64,000 nt of DNA. Origin: an uncultured bacterium (GTDB lineage Bacteria > Babelota > Babeliae > Babelales > Babelaceae). The stretch is taken from positions 448,001 through 512,000 of the forward strand of contig CAWKFG010000004.1 of NCBI GenBank assembly GCA_963848965.1. Direction: 5' to 3'. Each line of letters opens with the position of its first letter. The first letter of the stretch is position 1. The notes below the pieces were generated by a model. It worked only from the letters and a program-made list of their open reading frames with translations, was not told where the DNA came from and did no database searches. Positions 1 to 9,515 of the stretch are shown piece after piece. The position numbers were made by a program, and so were the translations under genes.

Positions 1-2
1 GA

Positions 3-734
3 AGCTATCCCAAAGTTTATGCAGAGGATCTTTCTCCTGAAAAAATATATGCTAATTATATCCGAACCTACATAGAAAGAGACGTTCGTCAAATTAAAAA
101 TATTACAGATCTTACTCTCTTTCAACGCTTTGTTCAATCATGCGCAGGAAGGACTGGGCAGACACTTAATCTTTCATCATTAGGTAATGATGTGGGAATA
201 GATCATAAAACAGCACGTGCTTGGCTTTCTGTACTTGAGGCTACCTATATTGTTTTTTTGCTCTACCCTTACTATAAGAATTATGGAAAACGCCTTATTA
301 AAGCACCTAAACTTTATTTTGTAGATACAGGGATCGCCTGCTCACTTTTAAATATCAGGTCTCCAGAGGTTATAATTGAACACTACATGAGAGGTCATCT
401 CATTGAGTCTTTTATCATTTCAGATTTATTTAAGCAATACTATAACCTCGATCAAAGGCCATCCTTATATTTTTGGAAAAACCATCAAGGTAATGAAATC
501 GATTGTATTATAGAGGAAGCCTTATACACAATCCTCATTGAAATTAAAGCAGGTAAAACTATCGCTAGTGATTTTTTCACAGGATTTGGTTATTGGAAAA
601 ATATAACGAAATCTCCTTCACGTAATTTTGTTATCTATGGCGGTTCAGAAAACCAAAACTGGCCCGAAGCAAAAGTAATAAGCTGGCAATCGTCCGGCAG
701 CCTGATCAAGAACATTAATAAGGGGCAATTTTGA
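3..734 (+). CDS. AAA+ ATPase with DUF4143 / PD-(D/E)xK C-terminus (5' partial)
   Basis: Frame is open from position 3 (SYPKVY...TYIERDVRQ...CAGRTGQ); KAPKLYFVDTG and EIDC..EIK motifs. Confidence 0.85.
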   Translation, partial: SYPKVYAEDLSPEKIYANYIRTYIERDVRQIKNITDLTLFQRFVQSCAGRTGQTLNLSSLGNDVGIDHKTARAWLSVLEATYIVFLLYPYYKNYGKRLIKAPKLYFVDTGIACSLLNIRSPEVIIEHYMRGHLIESFIISDLFKQYYNLDQRPSLYFWKNHQGNEIDCIIEEALYTILIEIKAGKTIASDFFTGFGYWKNITKSPSRNFVIYGGSENQNWPEAKVISWQSSGSLIKNINKGQF

Positions 735-812
735 AAACAAAAAGCCTTCAATAATTCATTGAAAAGCGATTAAGTAAAGTCTAAGCTGCTGAGATTTAAG
801 AACTGTCTGGCG

Positions 813-895
813 TTCTAAAGAAATTTACTGTCCCCTGCTATGCATATTTCGGAACCGAGAACTTGAATTTGAGGTTGATCTTAAAGATATCAAAC
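813..895 (+). repeat. Island boundary repeat, copy 1 (att-like)
   Basis: ttctaaagaa..tgtcccctgcta..tttcggaacc..ttgaatttga..cttaaagatatcaaac; aligns with 2959-2985+4144-4200 and 5538-5620. Confidence 0.85.
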
Positions 896-966
896 ACTAT
901 TTTACACTATAAAGCTCAGCAACTGCTTGCTATGTTTCTAGACAGTTAATCTTGCACTTTTGGTTA

Positions 967-1791
967 CTACTTCCCACCAGATATCTCTTTCCTAGATTTC
1001 CAAGGTTTTCCTGGTAGTAGGCTTACCAATTGCTCACTAACCATTTGGAATGCCTCATTTGAAGACCATATTGATTGATCAGCAATCAAATGTACTATAT
1101 CATTTTGAAAATCAGGATTTTGTTGTTTTTCAAATAAGTTCTTTTCAAACTCCGCGCGAGTAATTGATAGCCCTTCATTACCGCAATACTTTTTAAAGAT
1201 ACTTATTACAGCTTCACAATCAATTAACTCTTTTTTCAAGACAAACCATATATCATAAAGATCTCTTCCTTTACTTCTTTGATATAATGCTCTTAACTTT
1301 GTTCCAATAAGTTCATTAAGCTGGTAAGTTTTAATAGCTGACTTACCAGAAAACCATGTGCTCGCTATAGCAAACTCATAATCTATTAAATCATAAACAC
1401 TAAAATGTTCTGTTGTGTTTATTTCGATTTTTAGTTTGCGCTGTATATTATCGATAGAGCTATATTGATAGGTTAACTTAGCACTTCTGTTAGTAAGTTT
1501 GCCCTTAGGCTGCCCCAACCAAGACAAAGCGGTACGGATCTCGAGAATAAGCGGCCCTATAGGTTGAGAGGTAATTTGAACAAGATCAATATCCTCACTA
1601 TAACGCAATGGAGGCTTAAAAAATAACTTATTAAGAGCTGTTCCTCCTCTAAAAACTAAATTTTCCCTAATTTTTTCACGCTCATATAAGTTTATTAACG
1701 CTCGACTGATAATTAAATCCTGCTCTACTTGATAATCAGCTATCCATGGTACATGCTGTCGCCATTCTGATAAGTAAAAAGTTTCAATCAT
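967..1791 (-). CDS. abiEii: AbiEii/AbiGii nucleotidyltransferase toxin (type IV TA)
   Basis: QVEQDL, FRGGTAL.K, RYSEDIDL, K.RAL.QR.KGRDLYD motifs. Confidence 0.9.
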   Translation of the reverse strand: MIETFYLSEWRQHVPWIADYQVEQDLIISRALINLYEREKIRENLVFRGGTALNKLFFKPPLRYSEDIDLVQITSQPIGPLILEIRTALSWLGQPKGKLTNRSAKLTYQYSSIDNIQRKLKIEINTTEHFSVYDLIDYEFAIASTWFSGKSAIKTYQLNELIGTKLRALYQRSKGRDLYDIWFVLKKELIDCEAVISIFKKYCGNEGLSITRAEFEKNLFEKQQNPDFQNDIVHLIADQSIWSSNEAFQMVSEQLVSLLPGKPWKSRKEISGGK

Positions 1792-2582
1792 ATATCACCT
1801 TCTAGCTTGGTGTTTTCAATGATTTTCCAAGTTTCATTTCTTTTTGCTTTACTGAGTTTTGCCTTAAGGCCAGTATGAAGCATCACATAATTAACTCTTG
1901 GTTGTTTTGACAAGTGCTCTTTTATTACGCTTGCCAGGTTTTTTGCTCCAATAAATTCCAAAATATAACCTAGGCGTTGTTTCCAAGGAGTTCCAGGTAG
2001 GTTCTCTATAACTGATTTTAGCCCTTCCTCGGTCATGCTTTCTTTAAGCTCAGCAAGAATTGTGGTTATATTGTTTAAGCCACCACTTTGTTTTACAAAT
2101 TTAATAAGATCTACTGCTGTAGCTTCTGGACTTGAAACCCTAAGTTTACTCTTCAGCGTAGAGAACCAAGTAACAGGAACCTTTTCAATCTCTTGGTTCT
2201 TGATAAAGTTAATTTTAACCTTACCGCAAACTACAGAGCGCAATTTCTTTTCAGTAACTACTTGAAAAACCTGAGGAGCTTGATGTGATGCTCCGTAATA
2301 GCTAGCGGCTGTAATTAAACCTGCATAGTACTTATACCCTAAGTATTCCATTAAATAGGGAATAAACTGATCAGCGGGAATACACTCAAGAATCTTATAT
2401 TCCGGTGGTATTATCACGTAAAACCCTTTTACTGGACTAACGATTTCTCCTTTACCAATAAGGCGAGAAATGGCATGAAGTATAGCATTCCTAGATTTAT
2501 TGAGCTCTTTATAAGCACTATTTATAGTAAAGTAGCATCTACCATAGGCAACTTGCTTGTTTAAATATTCCTTAATCTTCAT
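1788..2582 (-). CDS. abiEi: AbiEi antitoxin / transcriptional regulator
   Basis: N-terminal wHTH, YYAGLITAASYYGA.HQ.PQ, VSSPEATAVDL; 4-bp overlap with the toxin; start placed at MKIKEY (uncertain). Confidence 0.85.
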   Translation of the reverse strand: MKIKEYLNKQVAYGRCYFTINSAYKELNKSRNAILHAISRLIGKGEIVSPVKGFYVIIPPEYKILECIPADQFIPYLMEYLGYKYYAGLITAASYYGASHQAPQVFQVVTEKKLRSVVCGKVKINFIKNQEIEKVPVTWFSTLKSKLRVSSPEATAVDLIKFVKQSGGLNNITTILAELKESMTEEGLKSVIENLPGTPWKQRLGYILEFIGAKNLASVIKEHLSKQPRVNYVMLHTGLKAKLSKAKRNETWKIIENTKLEGDI

Positions 2583-2603
2583 AATTAACAAATTCATTTT
2601 AAT

Positions 2604-2680
2604 AAAATGCCTAAAATCGGCATTTTGTGCAAACAAAAACGAAGCTAATACTATAATACTTTATGGGCTAAATTTGTCAA
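2604..2680 (-). promoter_or_regulatory. abiE promoter and inverted-repeat operator
   Basis: Minus-strand TTGACA-16-TATTAT (2680-2653); inverted repeat aaaatgcc..ggcatttt at 2604-2626. Confidence 0.5.
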
Positions 2681-2958
2681 AAAATACTCAAAAGTACGCG
2701 TTCCTTAACCCTCTTAGGAGAAAATAAGTAGCTTTTGCTGAATGATTTAAGAACCGAAAATTTTATCTTTGCAACGTCGAAGAAATAATAATTTTAACAA
2801 GCCAGATCTTACATTACCTAGATGTTCATGAAAAAAGCAATTTTACAAAATATCAGCACTTTAGCAATAAAGCTTCATATTTAATAAATATGCATTAAAG
2901 CGCTTCACGAAGACCTTATACTATAATTATATAGTGAATTACATTGAACTGATCTAGT

Positions 2959-2985
2959 TTCTAAAGAAGGTTGGTGTCCCCTGCT
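2959..2985 (+). repeat. Island boundary repeat, copy 2 left half (interrupted by IS110)
   Basis: ttctaaagaaggttggtgtcccctgct; continues at 4144. Confidence 0.85.
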
Positions 2986-2999
2986 TGTATATTGAAATT

Positions 3000-3158
3000 A
3001 TGTTCCTAAATTTGAGACGTTAAGTTTAGGAAAGCTAGCAGGAGCCTGTTCCCCTGCCTGGTTTTTAAAACCGAGTGTCAACTTAGGACCTGCTAGCATA
3101 TATAGTACAGCTCGAACAATCGAGTGGGACAAGGATCCCGTATACAAAACCGAGGCAC
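3000..3158 (+). ncRNA. IS110 bridge RNA
   Basis: 5' hairpin (ttcctaaa/tttaggaa); loop closed by gctagcagg/cctgctagc containing tcccctgc (target match); second loop containing acaatcg and tatacaa (donor matches); ends approximate. Confidence 0.8.
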
Positions 3159-3161
3159 TAT

Positions 3162-4106
3162 ATGAATACTATATCACATATTTTTGTCGGCATCGATATC
3201 TCTAAAAAATTTTTAGATATTCACTTACATCCTGTGGCTAAAGACTTTAGAGTTGCTAACTCACAAGCTGGAATCAATAAACTCATTCAAGTACTTTCTG
3301 CTTATACTGTCGTACAGATCGTTTTTGAGTCTTCTGGTGGTTACGATTTCCTTCTCAAGCAAGAACTTAGCATTAATAATTATAATGCTTGGCAAGTTCA
3401 GCCTAGACGCATTAGAGCCTTCATCATCTCTGAAGGCATTAAGGCTAAAACTGATAAAATTGATGCTCAAATGATTGCTCTCTTTGCTTCTCAAAAACGG
3501 CCTAAATATCATGAGATTATTCGTTCTCAAGACGAGCTAAAGCTCTGTGCTCTCGTCAAATTCAGGACTAACATTGTCCGAAACATTGTTCAAGAAACCA
3601 ATAAATTGCAGCATCCTCAACAAGTTTACTGTAAAAATTTTCTTGAAGCTCATATCTCCTTTATGGAAAGACAGTTACAGGAAGTTGAACAAGAAATTGA
3701 ACAGCTGATCCAAGACAATGAATCTCTTAATAAAAAATGCCATATTATTGAGTCTATGCCTGGTATCGGCAAAGTCACTGCCTGCTCTTTGCTTGCAGAA
3801 ATGCCTGAGCTTGGCAAAGTCGGTAATAAGCAAATAGCCGCTATTCTAGGTGTAGCACCTTTTATTAAGCAAAGTGGTGGATCTAAAGGCACTGCATCAA
3901 TTAGCGGTGGTAGACAAGCTACCCGTGATATCCTTTATATGGCTACATTAGCAGTTATCAGATTTAATCCTGCACTTAAATGCTTTTATAAACGGCTACG
4001 CACTGTTGGTAAAAAAGCTAAAGTTGCTCTCATTGCTGTTATGCGAAAGGTTATTGGTATTTTAAATGTTATGGTTCGAAAAGGAGAACAATGGCAAACT
4101 ACTTAA
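3162..4106 (+). CDS. IS110 family transposase/recombinase (DEDD RuvC + Transposase_20)
   Basis: VGIDISK, FESSGGY, KTDKIDA, SMPGIG, GVAP...QSGG motifs. Confidence 0.95.
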   Translation: MNTISHIFVGIDISKKFLDIHLHPVAKDFRVANSQAGINKLIQVLSAYTVVQIVFESSGGYDFLLKQELSINNYNAWQVQPRRIRAFIISEGIKAKTDKIDAQMIALFASQKRPKYHEIIRSQDELKLCALVKFRTNIVRNIVQETNKLQHPQQVYCKNFLEAHISFMERQLQEVEQEIEQLIQDNESLNKKCHIIESMPGIGKVTACSLLAEMPELGKVGNKQIAAILGVAPFIKQSGGSKGTASISGGRQATRDILYMATLAVIRFNPALKCFYKRLRTVGKKAKVALIAVMRKVIGILNVMVRKGEQWQTT

Positions 4107-4143
4107 AATAATTTTTAAACTTGTTGACTTTTAACACAATCGT

Positions 4144-4200
4144 TTACATGTTTCGGAACCGGAAGCTCATTTTTGAATTTGATCTTAAAGATATTCAATC
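4144..4200 (+). repeat. Island boundary repeat, copy 2 right half
   Basis: ttacatgtttcggaaccggaagctc..tttgaatttgatcttaaagatatt. Confidence 0.85.
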
Positions 4201-4318
4201 AATCATTGCTTCATACAATTTTAGCTTATATTGAAAACTTATATAATAAGCTTTCGATGGTTTACTTCTTCTAGGTATCAGCATTAGAAGGATAAAAAAG
4301 GTAAAACTTCTAGGGATT

Positions 4319-5305
4319 TTACTCTTTTGCGCCATATTTTTTAAGTAACTCTACTATATCTGAATGACCTTTTTCTGTAGCAAGCATTAAAGCAGTTTCG
4401 CCAAACCTATTTCGTACATTAACTTCAGCACCTTTAGCTAAGAGCATTTGAACTATATCTTTATGGCCACCTCGTGTAGCATGCATTAAAACAGTACTTG
4501 TATACAGATCTTTAGCATTAACATCAGCACCAGCCTTAATCAGAAGTTCTACTACCTCTTTATGACCATTTCTTGCAGCGTCCATTAAAGCGGTAAATCC
4601 CACAATATTATCTCGAGCGTTAATATCAGCACCAGCTTGTATAAGCATTTCTACTATTTCTTTATAGCCTTTCACTGCGGGCCTCTTTAAAGCACTATAA
4701 TTATCTTTAGTTTTAACGCCAATGTTAGCATCAGCCCCTTTCTCTAGAAGCAACGCTACAATTTCTCTATAGCCGTTTTGTGCAGCATAATACAAGGCAG
4801 TGCAGCCAAACATTTCCTCTTGAGTATCAATATCACTAATACCTTTACTTAAAATATCTCTTACTTTTTCAATATTTCCCTTTCCAGACGCTTCAATAAG
4901 CCTTAAAGCATTAGGATGTAGCTCTAGCAATTTTTGTGCACTTTGAACTCCACGATTTTCAAGGTCTTTTAGTATCCAATTGGGTTTATATTGTCGAGCA
5001 TACGCTTTTCGTTTTAACTCATTGAGAAGGAATCTCACAAGATCTACATTATCAAATAAGGCTTTATAGTTTTCATTCCTTGCCAATTCTTCTATTTTCT
5101 TAAGAGCTTCAGAAAATGTTTTTGATGACTCTAGAGTTTCTTTGATACTACACTCTAAAGCCTCTCTGATTTTATTATATACTACAAAATGGTTCAGCTC
5201 TTTCCTCAGCTCTTGCGGCAAGTATTCTAGATAACTCTTTTGCTTTTGCATCCCAAGACCAGACGTAAAAAATCCTAACAATAAGATAACTATTACCTTT
5301 TTCAT
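4319..5305 (-). CDS. Secreted ankyrin-repeat protein
   Basis: Signal peptide MKKVIVILLL..GMQ; about 6 TALxxAA..GH ankyrin repeats. Confidence 0.9.
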   Translation of the reverse strand: MKKVIVILLLGFFTSGLGMQKQKSYLEYLPQELRKELNHFVVYNKIREALECSIKETLESSKTFSEALKKIEELARNENYKALFDNVDLVRFLLNELKRKAYARQYKPNWILKDLENRGVQSAQKLLELHPNALRLIEASGKGNIEKVRDILSKGISDIDTQEEMFGCTALYYAAQNGYREIVALLLEKGADANIGVKTKDNYSALKRPAVKGYKEIVEMLIQAGADINARDNIVGFTALMDAARNGHKEVVELLIKAGADVNAKDLYTSTVLMHATRGGHKDIVQMLLAKGAEVNVRNRFGETALMLATEKGHSDIVELLKKYGAKE

Positions 5306-5537
5306 GCTTAATTTTCTTTCCAATATTTTTACTGTTATGATTTTATTATAGTTCATAAAGGCACAAGATTCAACTAGCAATTAACTTCTAATGTTAAAAA
5401 GAATAAAACCTTATGCGTTCTAGTTGATTTTAAGAAACAAGCTAGATAAAGGATCTTTCATTAAGCATACGATACAAAATACTCAAATTAGTGATCTTTG
5501 ATGTAAGCCTATGCTAGAAATGTTTTTCTATTCAAGG

Positions 5538-5620
5538 TTCTAAAGAATATTGGTGTCCCCTGCTATACATGTTTCTGAACCAAAAGCTTGAATTTGAGAC
5601 CTGTTTAGATGATATCAAAC
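5538..5620 (+). repeat. Island boundary repeat, copy 3
   Basis: ttctaaagaatattggtgtcccctgctatacatgtttctgaacc..ttgaatttga..gatatcaaac. Confidence 0.85.
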
Positions 5621-5663
5621 AGTTTTATCTAGCCTTCAACATTTAGTAAAGTAATTTTTAATA

Positions 5664-6239
5664 TCAAGATCTAGCAAAAGCTAGTAACTTTGAATAATCA
5701 CCTTTGTCTGCATATTGTAATGCTTCAATATATAGTTTCCTAACAGGAGACGAGTTATATAAACTTTGATTTAAACCCCAACTAAAGCGATCATAACCTT
5801 GTTGTGTTATGAGCACATCAGCCATTAATCGAGCATGCCTTCCATTACCGTTAGGAAAGGGATGAATCCATACCAATTTATAATGAAGTCTGATTGCTAT
5901 CTCTTCTTTAGAGAAGGACTCATGTAGCAATTGGTAACTAACGTCATCACACAATTTTCTAACTTCCACAGGAATCAAATACCAACTAATACCAAGGTTT
6001 TTCTCAGTCTTACGAAACTTGCCTGCCCACTTCCATGTTTGATTAAACATATGCTTATGCAGCTGCTGTATAAATTCAACAGATAAAATACCATGTTGTT
6101 TAAATGCCCATTGTTGAGCCTTGAGAATATTTTTTTCTTCCCAAGCATTCAACTCTTCCTGAGTAGTAATATGTACAGGTAGTAAATCAGCTAACTCGCC
6201 AGGATCAATTGGTGTCGCACCCTCAGGATAATTAAACAT
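5664..6239 (-). CDS. Mobile mystery protein B (Fic domain)
   Basis: GATPID, HPFPNGNGRHAR Fic motif, WKWAGKFR. Confidence 0.9.
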   Translation of the reverse strand: MFNYPEGATPIDPGELADLLPVHITTQEELNAWEEKNILKAQQWAFKQHGILSVEFIQQLHKHMFNQTWKWAGKFRKTEKNLGISWYLIPVEVRKLCDDVSYQLLHESFSKEEIAIRLHYKLVWIHPFPNGNGRHARLMADVLITQQGYDRFSWGLNQSLYNSSPVRKLYIEALQYADKGDYSKLLAFARS

Positions 6240-6705
6240 GACCTTTATCCCATAAGTTTCTTGGGTTACCTTGTAACAGCTCTTCAACTAAAGCATCTTC
6301 CTGTTGCTTTAATTGCTTTGGATTTAAACTTTGCTGTTCCAATCCCATTGAATGATTTATTAATTTTATCTGTTTTTGCGCTACAGTTCTAGCTTGATCT
6401 TCAAGTATCTGATCGAGTGGCTTTAAAGGCACAAGGCAATAAACCAGCTTACAGTTCATAGCAGCTGCAGCCTGTTCAAGAGTCTTTAAGTTAATAGTTC
6501 CTTTTTGTTCACTCTGTTCCATAGCAATAATGTTAGACTGGCTACATCCAACCTTTTGAGATAAGGCGTAACTTGAAAGTCCTAATGATTCACGTATAGC
6601 CCGTATCCATCCCTTTTTAGGAGGTGGCTTTTTAGTGAGTTCTAAAAACTTACTTGTAGTCTCTTGAAGTTGCTCTCGCATTAACTTTCTAAAGATATTT
6701 GTCAT
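6232..6705 (-). CDS. Mobile mystery protein A (XRE HTH)
   Basis: P.KGWIRAIRESLG, HTH, HSMGLEQQ, PRNLW; overlaps the Fic gene. Confidence 0.9.
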   Translation of the reverse strand: MTNIFRKLMREQLQETTSKFLELTKKPPPKKGWIRAIRESLGLSSYALSQKVGCSQSNIIAMEQSEQKGTINLKTLEQAAAAMNCKLVYCLVPLKPLDQILEDQARTVAQKQIKLINHSMGLEQQSLNPKQLKQQEDALVEELLQGNPRNLWDKGHV

Positions 6706-6961
6706 ACATAATAACCTATAATTTATCAAATCATCTAAAATTAATCAATTATAGCTTATCAAAATTGGATAAAAAAATCAATTAAAATTGATTAAAATTT
6801 CGTCGAAACTATACTAAGGATACGTAGTAAAGCACTATATTCTTGTAAGAGTGACAAATTTACTTAGAGATTAACTTGAAAGTACTTAGTTGTAGATATA
6901 GCACGATATGTCAAACTAAGTTAAACTATTATTGTATAATAATTCTTCGTTTTAATGTGAA

Positions 6962-7816
6962 TTGATAGGCATGAACTATAAAAATAAAAGTATGATCAAA
7001 TATGGTGCAATTGGTATCATAATCATATTAGTTGGAGTATGGTTATTTACTTATTTGGCAGCCCCTATAAAAACTATACATTCTTTTAATGAAATTAACT
7101 TTAATAAAATAAAGCCTGGCACACTCGTAATTTTTGATGTCGATGAGACGCTTATCCAACCTCTAGATAGCTATTATATAAATGAACATACGCCTCAAGC
7201 CCACGAATTTAGAAAAAAGTTATTTATGAAGCACCCAGAAATTAAAAATTGGGATATCTATGCCGATATTACTCTTAAGGAAGTAAAGCGGCCATTAATT
7301 GAGCCAATGGTTATTTCCAAAATAAAAGAATTAGAAGGGAAAGGAGTCTATGTTATTGCCTGTACCGCTATGAATACAGGCAAATTTGGAACTTTAGAAA
7401 GACTGGAAGCATGGCGCTATGAACATCTTGCATCATTAGGATTTCAAGGACATTTTGGAGATTTAATTATAGACTTATCTTTAGAAAATCGAAAGCCTGT
7501 ATTTTATAAAGGAATCTTGGCAACTGATTTATTAACTAAAGGACTAGTAGTTTTCGCTTTTCTCGATCACATTCACCTTATACCCAAAGAAATTGTTATG
7601 GTTGATGATAGCATAGAATTTTTAGAATCAATGCTCCAAGAATGCAAAAAAAGAAATATCTCTTATCAAGGATATTTGTATCAAGGAGCTCGTCAAAAAT
7701 TTTGGGATAAAAAGTTAATTGAGTTTCAGTCAGAGTATCTTATTAAACATAAGAAATGGTTAAGTGATAATGAAGCTCGAGCAATTTTAGCAAAGTCGTC
7801 TCAATCAATGCTTTAA
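6962..7816 (+). CDS. DUF2608 HAD-like hydrolase with N-terminal membrane anchor
   Basis: VIFDVDETL, FYKGIL, MVDD motifs; N-terminal hydrophobic helix. Confidence 0.75.
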   Translation: MIGMNYKNKSMIKYGAIGIIIILVGVWLFTYLAAPIKTIHSFNEINFNKIKPGTLVIFDVDETLIQPLDSYYINEHTPQAHEFRKKLFMKHPEIKNWDIYADITLKEVKRPLIEPMVISKIKELEGKGVYVIACTAMNTGKFGTLERLEAWRYEHLASLGFQGHFGDLIIDLSLENRKPVFYKGILATDLLTKGLVVFAFLDHIHLIPKEIVMVDDSIEFLESMLQECKKRNISYQGYLYQGARQKFWDKKLIEFQSEYLIKHKKWLSDNEARAILAKSSQSML

Positions 7817-7878
7817 TTAGGGACTTTTATACATTCCAATAACTAATATAATTATACAATCGCGATTCTAAACGAAGC

Positions 7879-7955
7879 TGGTGTGCCCGGTAGGATTCGA
7901 ACCTACGACCTACGGATTAGAAATCCGTTGCTCTATCCAGCTGAGCTACGGGCAC
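7879..7955 (-). tRNA. tRNA-Arg(TCT)
   Basis: Reverse complement folds as a cloverleaf; anticodon stem ACGGA/TCCGT with loop TTTCTAA; GGTTCGAATCC T-arm; encoded CCA. Confidence 0.97.
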
Positions 7956-8006
7956 TTCAAGATGTTTTTAGTATACCTATTTATCCTCGTTCACGCAAGA
8001 TTATTA

Positions 8007-9506
8007 TCATGCAGGAACAAATAATTTAGAAAATTCTTTTGCTATCTGACGAAGCTGTTGCAATTGTCCTTCAGTAATATCTCCTGTAGAGAAAATACTG
8101 TCATAGAGCTCTCGGTAAACTGAATGTACATAACTTATAAATTGCGTCGCAAATCCTTTAACTTCTTTAAGATCAAGCGTATCTAAAAAGTTATCTCTTA
8201 GTAAGAATAACATTAATGCTTGATCTACAAAAGAGTAGGTTACATATTGCTTTTGCTTTAAAAGCTCATAAGCAATCGCTCCTCTAGCTAATCTACGCTG
8301 CGAAATAACGTCAAGCTCTGTTCCAAACTGGGAGAATCCAAGAAGCTCTTGGTACTGTGCAAGTTCAAGACGTAATGCTCGTGTCATCTGCTTAATAGCT
8401 CGCGTTTGTGCTGCTCCTCCTACACGAGAGACTGAAAGCTCTACGTTTACTGCGGGCCGAATACCATTATTAAATAACTTGGTATCTAAAAATATCTGCC
8501 CATCAGTAATAGAAATAAGGTTTGTAGGAATATAAGCAGTTATGTCATCACTTTGTACTGTTACTATAGGCAATGCCGTAATAGACCCACCTGCCGCGAG
8601 CTTTCCTGCTCGCTCTAATAAACGAGAATGCAAGTAAAATACATCTCCTGGATATGCTTCTCGTCCTGGCGGACGACGCATTAAGAGCGACATTTCGCGA
8701 TACGCTACTGCATGGTTACTTAGATCATCGTAGACAATAAATACATCAGACTTTTGGTCTCTGAGATACTCTGCCATAGTACAAGCTACATAAGGAGCTA
8801 AGTATCTATCCAGCGCAGCTTCGCTTGCATCAGCACTTACAATAATAGTATACTCTAAAGCGCCATTTTCTTCAAGTAATCGAACCGTTCTTGCAAGATT
8901 TGCTTGTCTCTGACCAATAGAAACGTATACACAATAGACATTTTTGCCCTTCTGGTGCAAAATTGCATCCATAGCAAGGCCAGTTTTGCCAGTTCCTCTA
9001 TTTCCTACAACAAGTTCTCGTTGCCCTTTTCCTATAGGAACTAAAGCATCAATGGCAAGTATACCTGTTTCTAAAGATTCATTAATAGGAGAACGTTCAA
9101 CTATACCTGGAATAGTAACTTCTATAGGACGATACTCTTCAACTTGAAGTTCTCCCATATCATCAAGCGGCTCTCCAACAGCGTTTACCACTCGACCTAA
9201 AAGGCTTCGTCCTACCGGAGCTTTAAATACTCCACCAGTACGACGCACTATCTCAAGCTCTGCAACAGCAGTTTGTGCACGAAGCAAGAACACCGTAACA
9301 AAGTCTTCGTCTAGGTTCATGACGATTCCTCGATTACCGCCATCAAACTGCACAAGCTCTCCCGATACAGCTTTATTGAGCCCGTGAATTTTGCACAGAG
9401 TATCTCCTACTTGCACAACAAACCCGATCTCATCTAAATTACGTTCAGGAAGATTTGCTAAAGCTTTTTCAAAAAGCGATATAAGATCGGTACTTTTAAC
9501 TTCCAT
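8007..9506 (-). CDS. atpA: F1 ATP synthase alpha subunit
   Basis: [44 protein letters not shown]. Confidence 0.97.
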   Translation of the reverse strand: MEVKSTDLISLFEKALANLPERNLDEIGFVVQVGDTLCKIHGLNKAVSGELVQFDGGNRGIVMNLDEDFVTVFLLRAQTAVAELEIVRRTGGVFKAPVGRSLLGRVVNAVGEPLDDMGELQVEEYRPIEVTIPGIVERSPINESLETGILAIDALVPIGKGQRELVVGNRGTGKTGLAMDAILHQKGKNVYCVYVSIGQRQANLARTVRLLEENGALEYTIIVSADASEAALDRYLAPYVACTMAEYLRDQKSDVFIVYDDLSNHAVAYREMSLLMRRPPGREAYPGDVFYLHSRLLERAGKLAAGGSITALPIVTVQSDDITAYIPTNLISITDGQIFLDTKLFNNGIRPAVNVELSVSRVGGAAQTRAIKQMTRALRLELAQYQELLGFSQFGTELDVISQRRLARGAIAYELLKQKQYVTYSFVDQALMLFLLRDNFLDTLDLKEVKGFATQFISYVHSVYRELYDSIFSTGDITEGQLQQLRQIAKEFSKLFVPA

Positions 9507-9515
9507 AGATATCCT

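Larger units (their letters stand above)
2986..4143 (+). mobile_element. IS110-family insertion sequence, complete
   Basis: Removing it restores cctgct-ttacatg, the same length as intact copy 3; TTGACT at the right end and TATATT at the left end would form a circle-junction promoter; no terminal inverted repeats. Confidence 0.9.

Noticed and set aside
813..5620. Boundary repeats as integron attC sites or a CRISPR array
   Set aside because: No RYYYAAC/GTTRRRY palindromic structure, kilobase spacing, and no intI or cas genes; they resemble the tRNA junction instead
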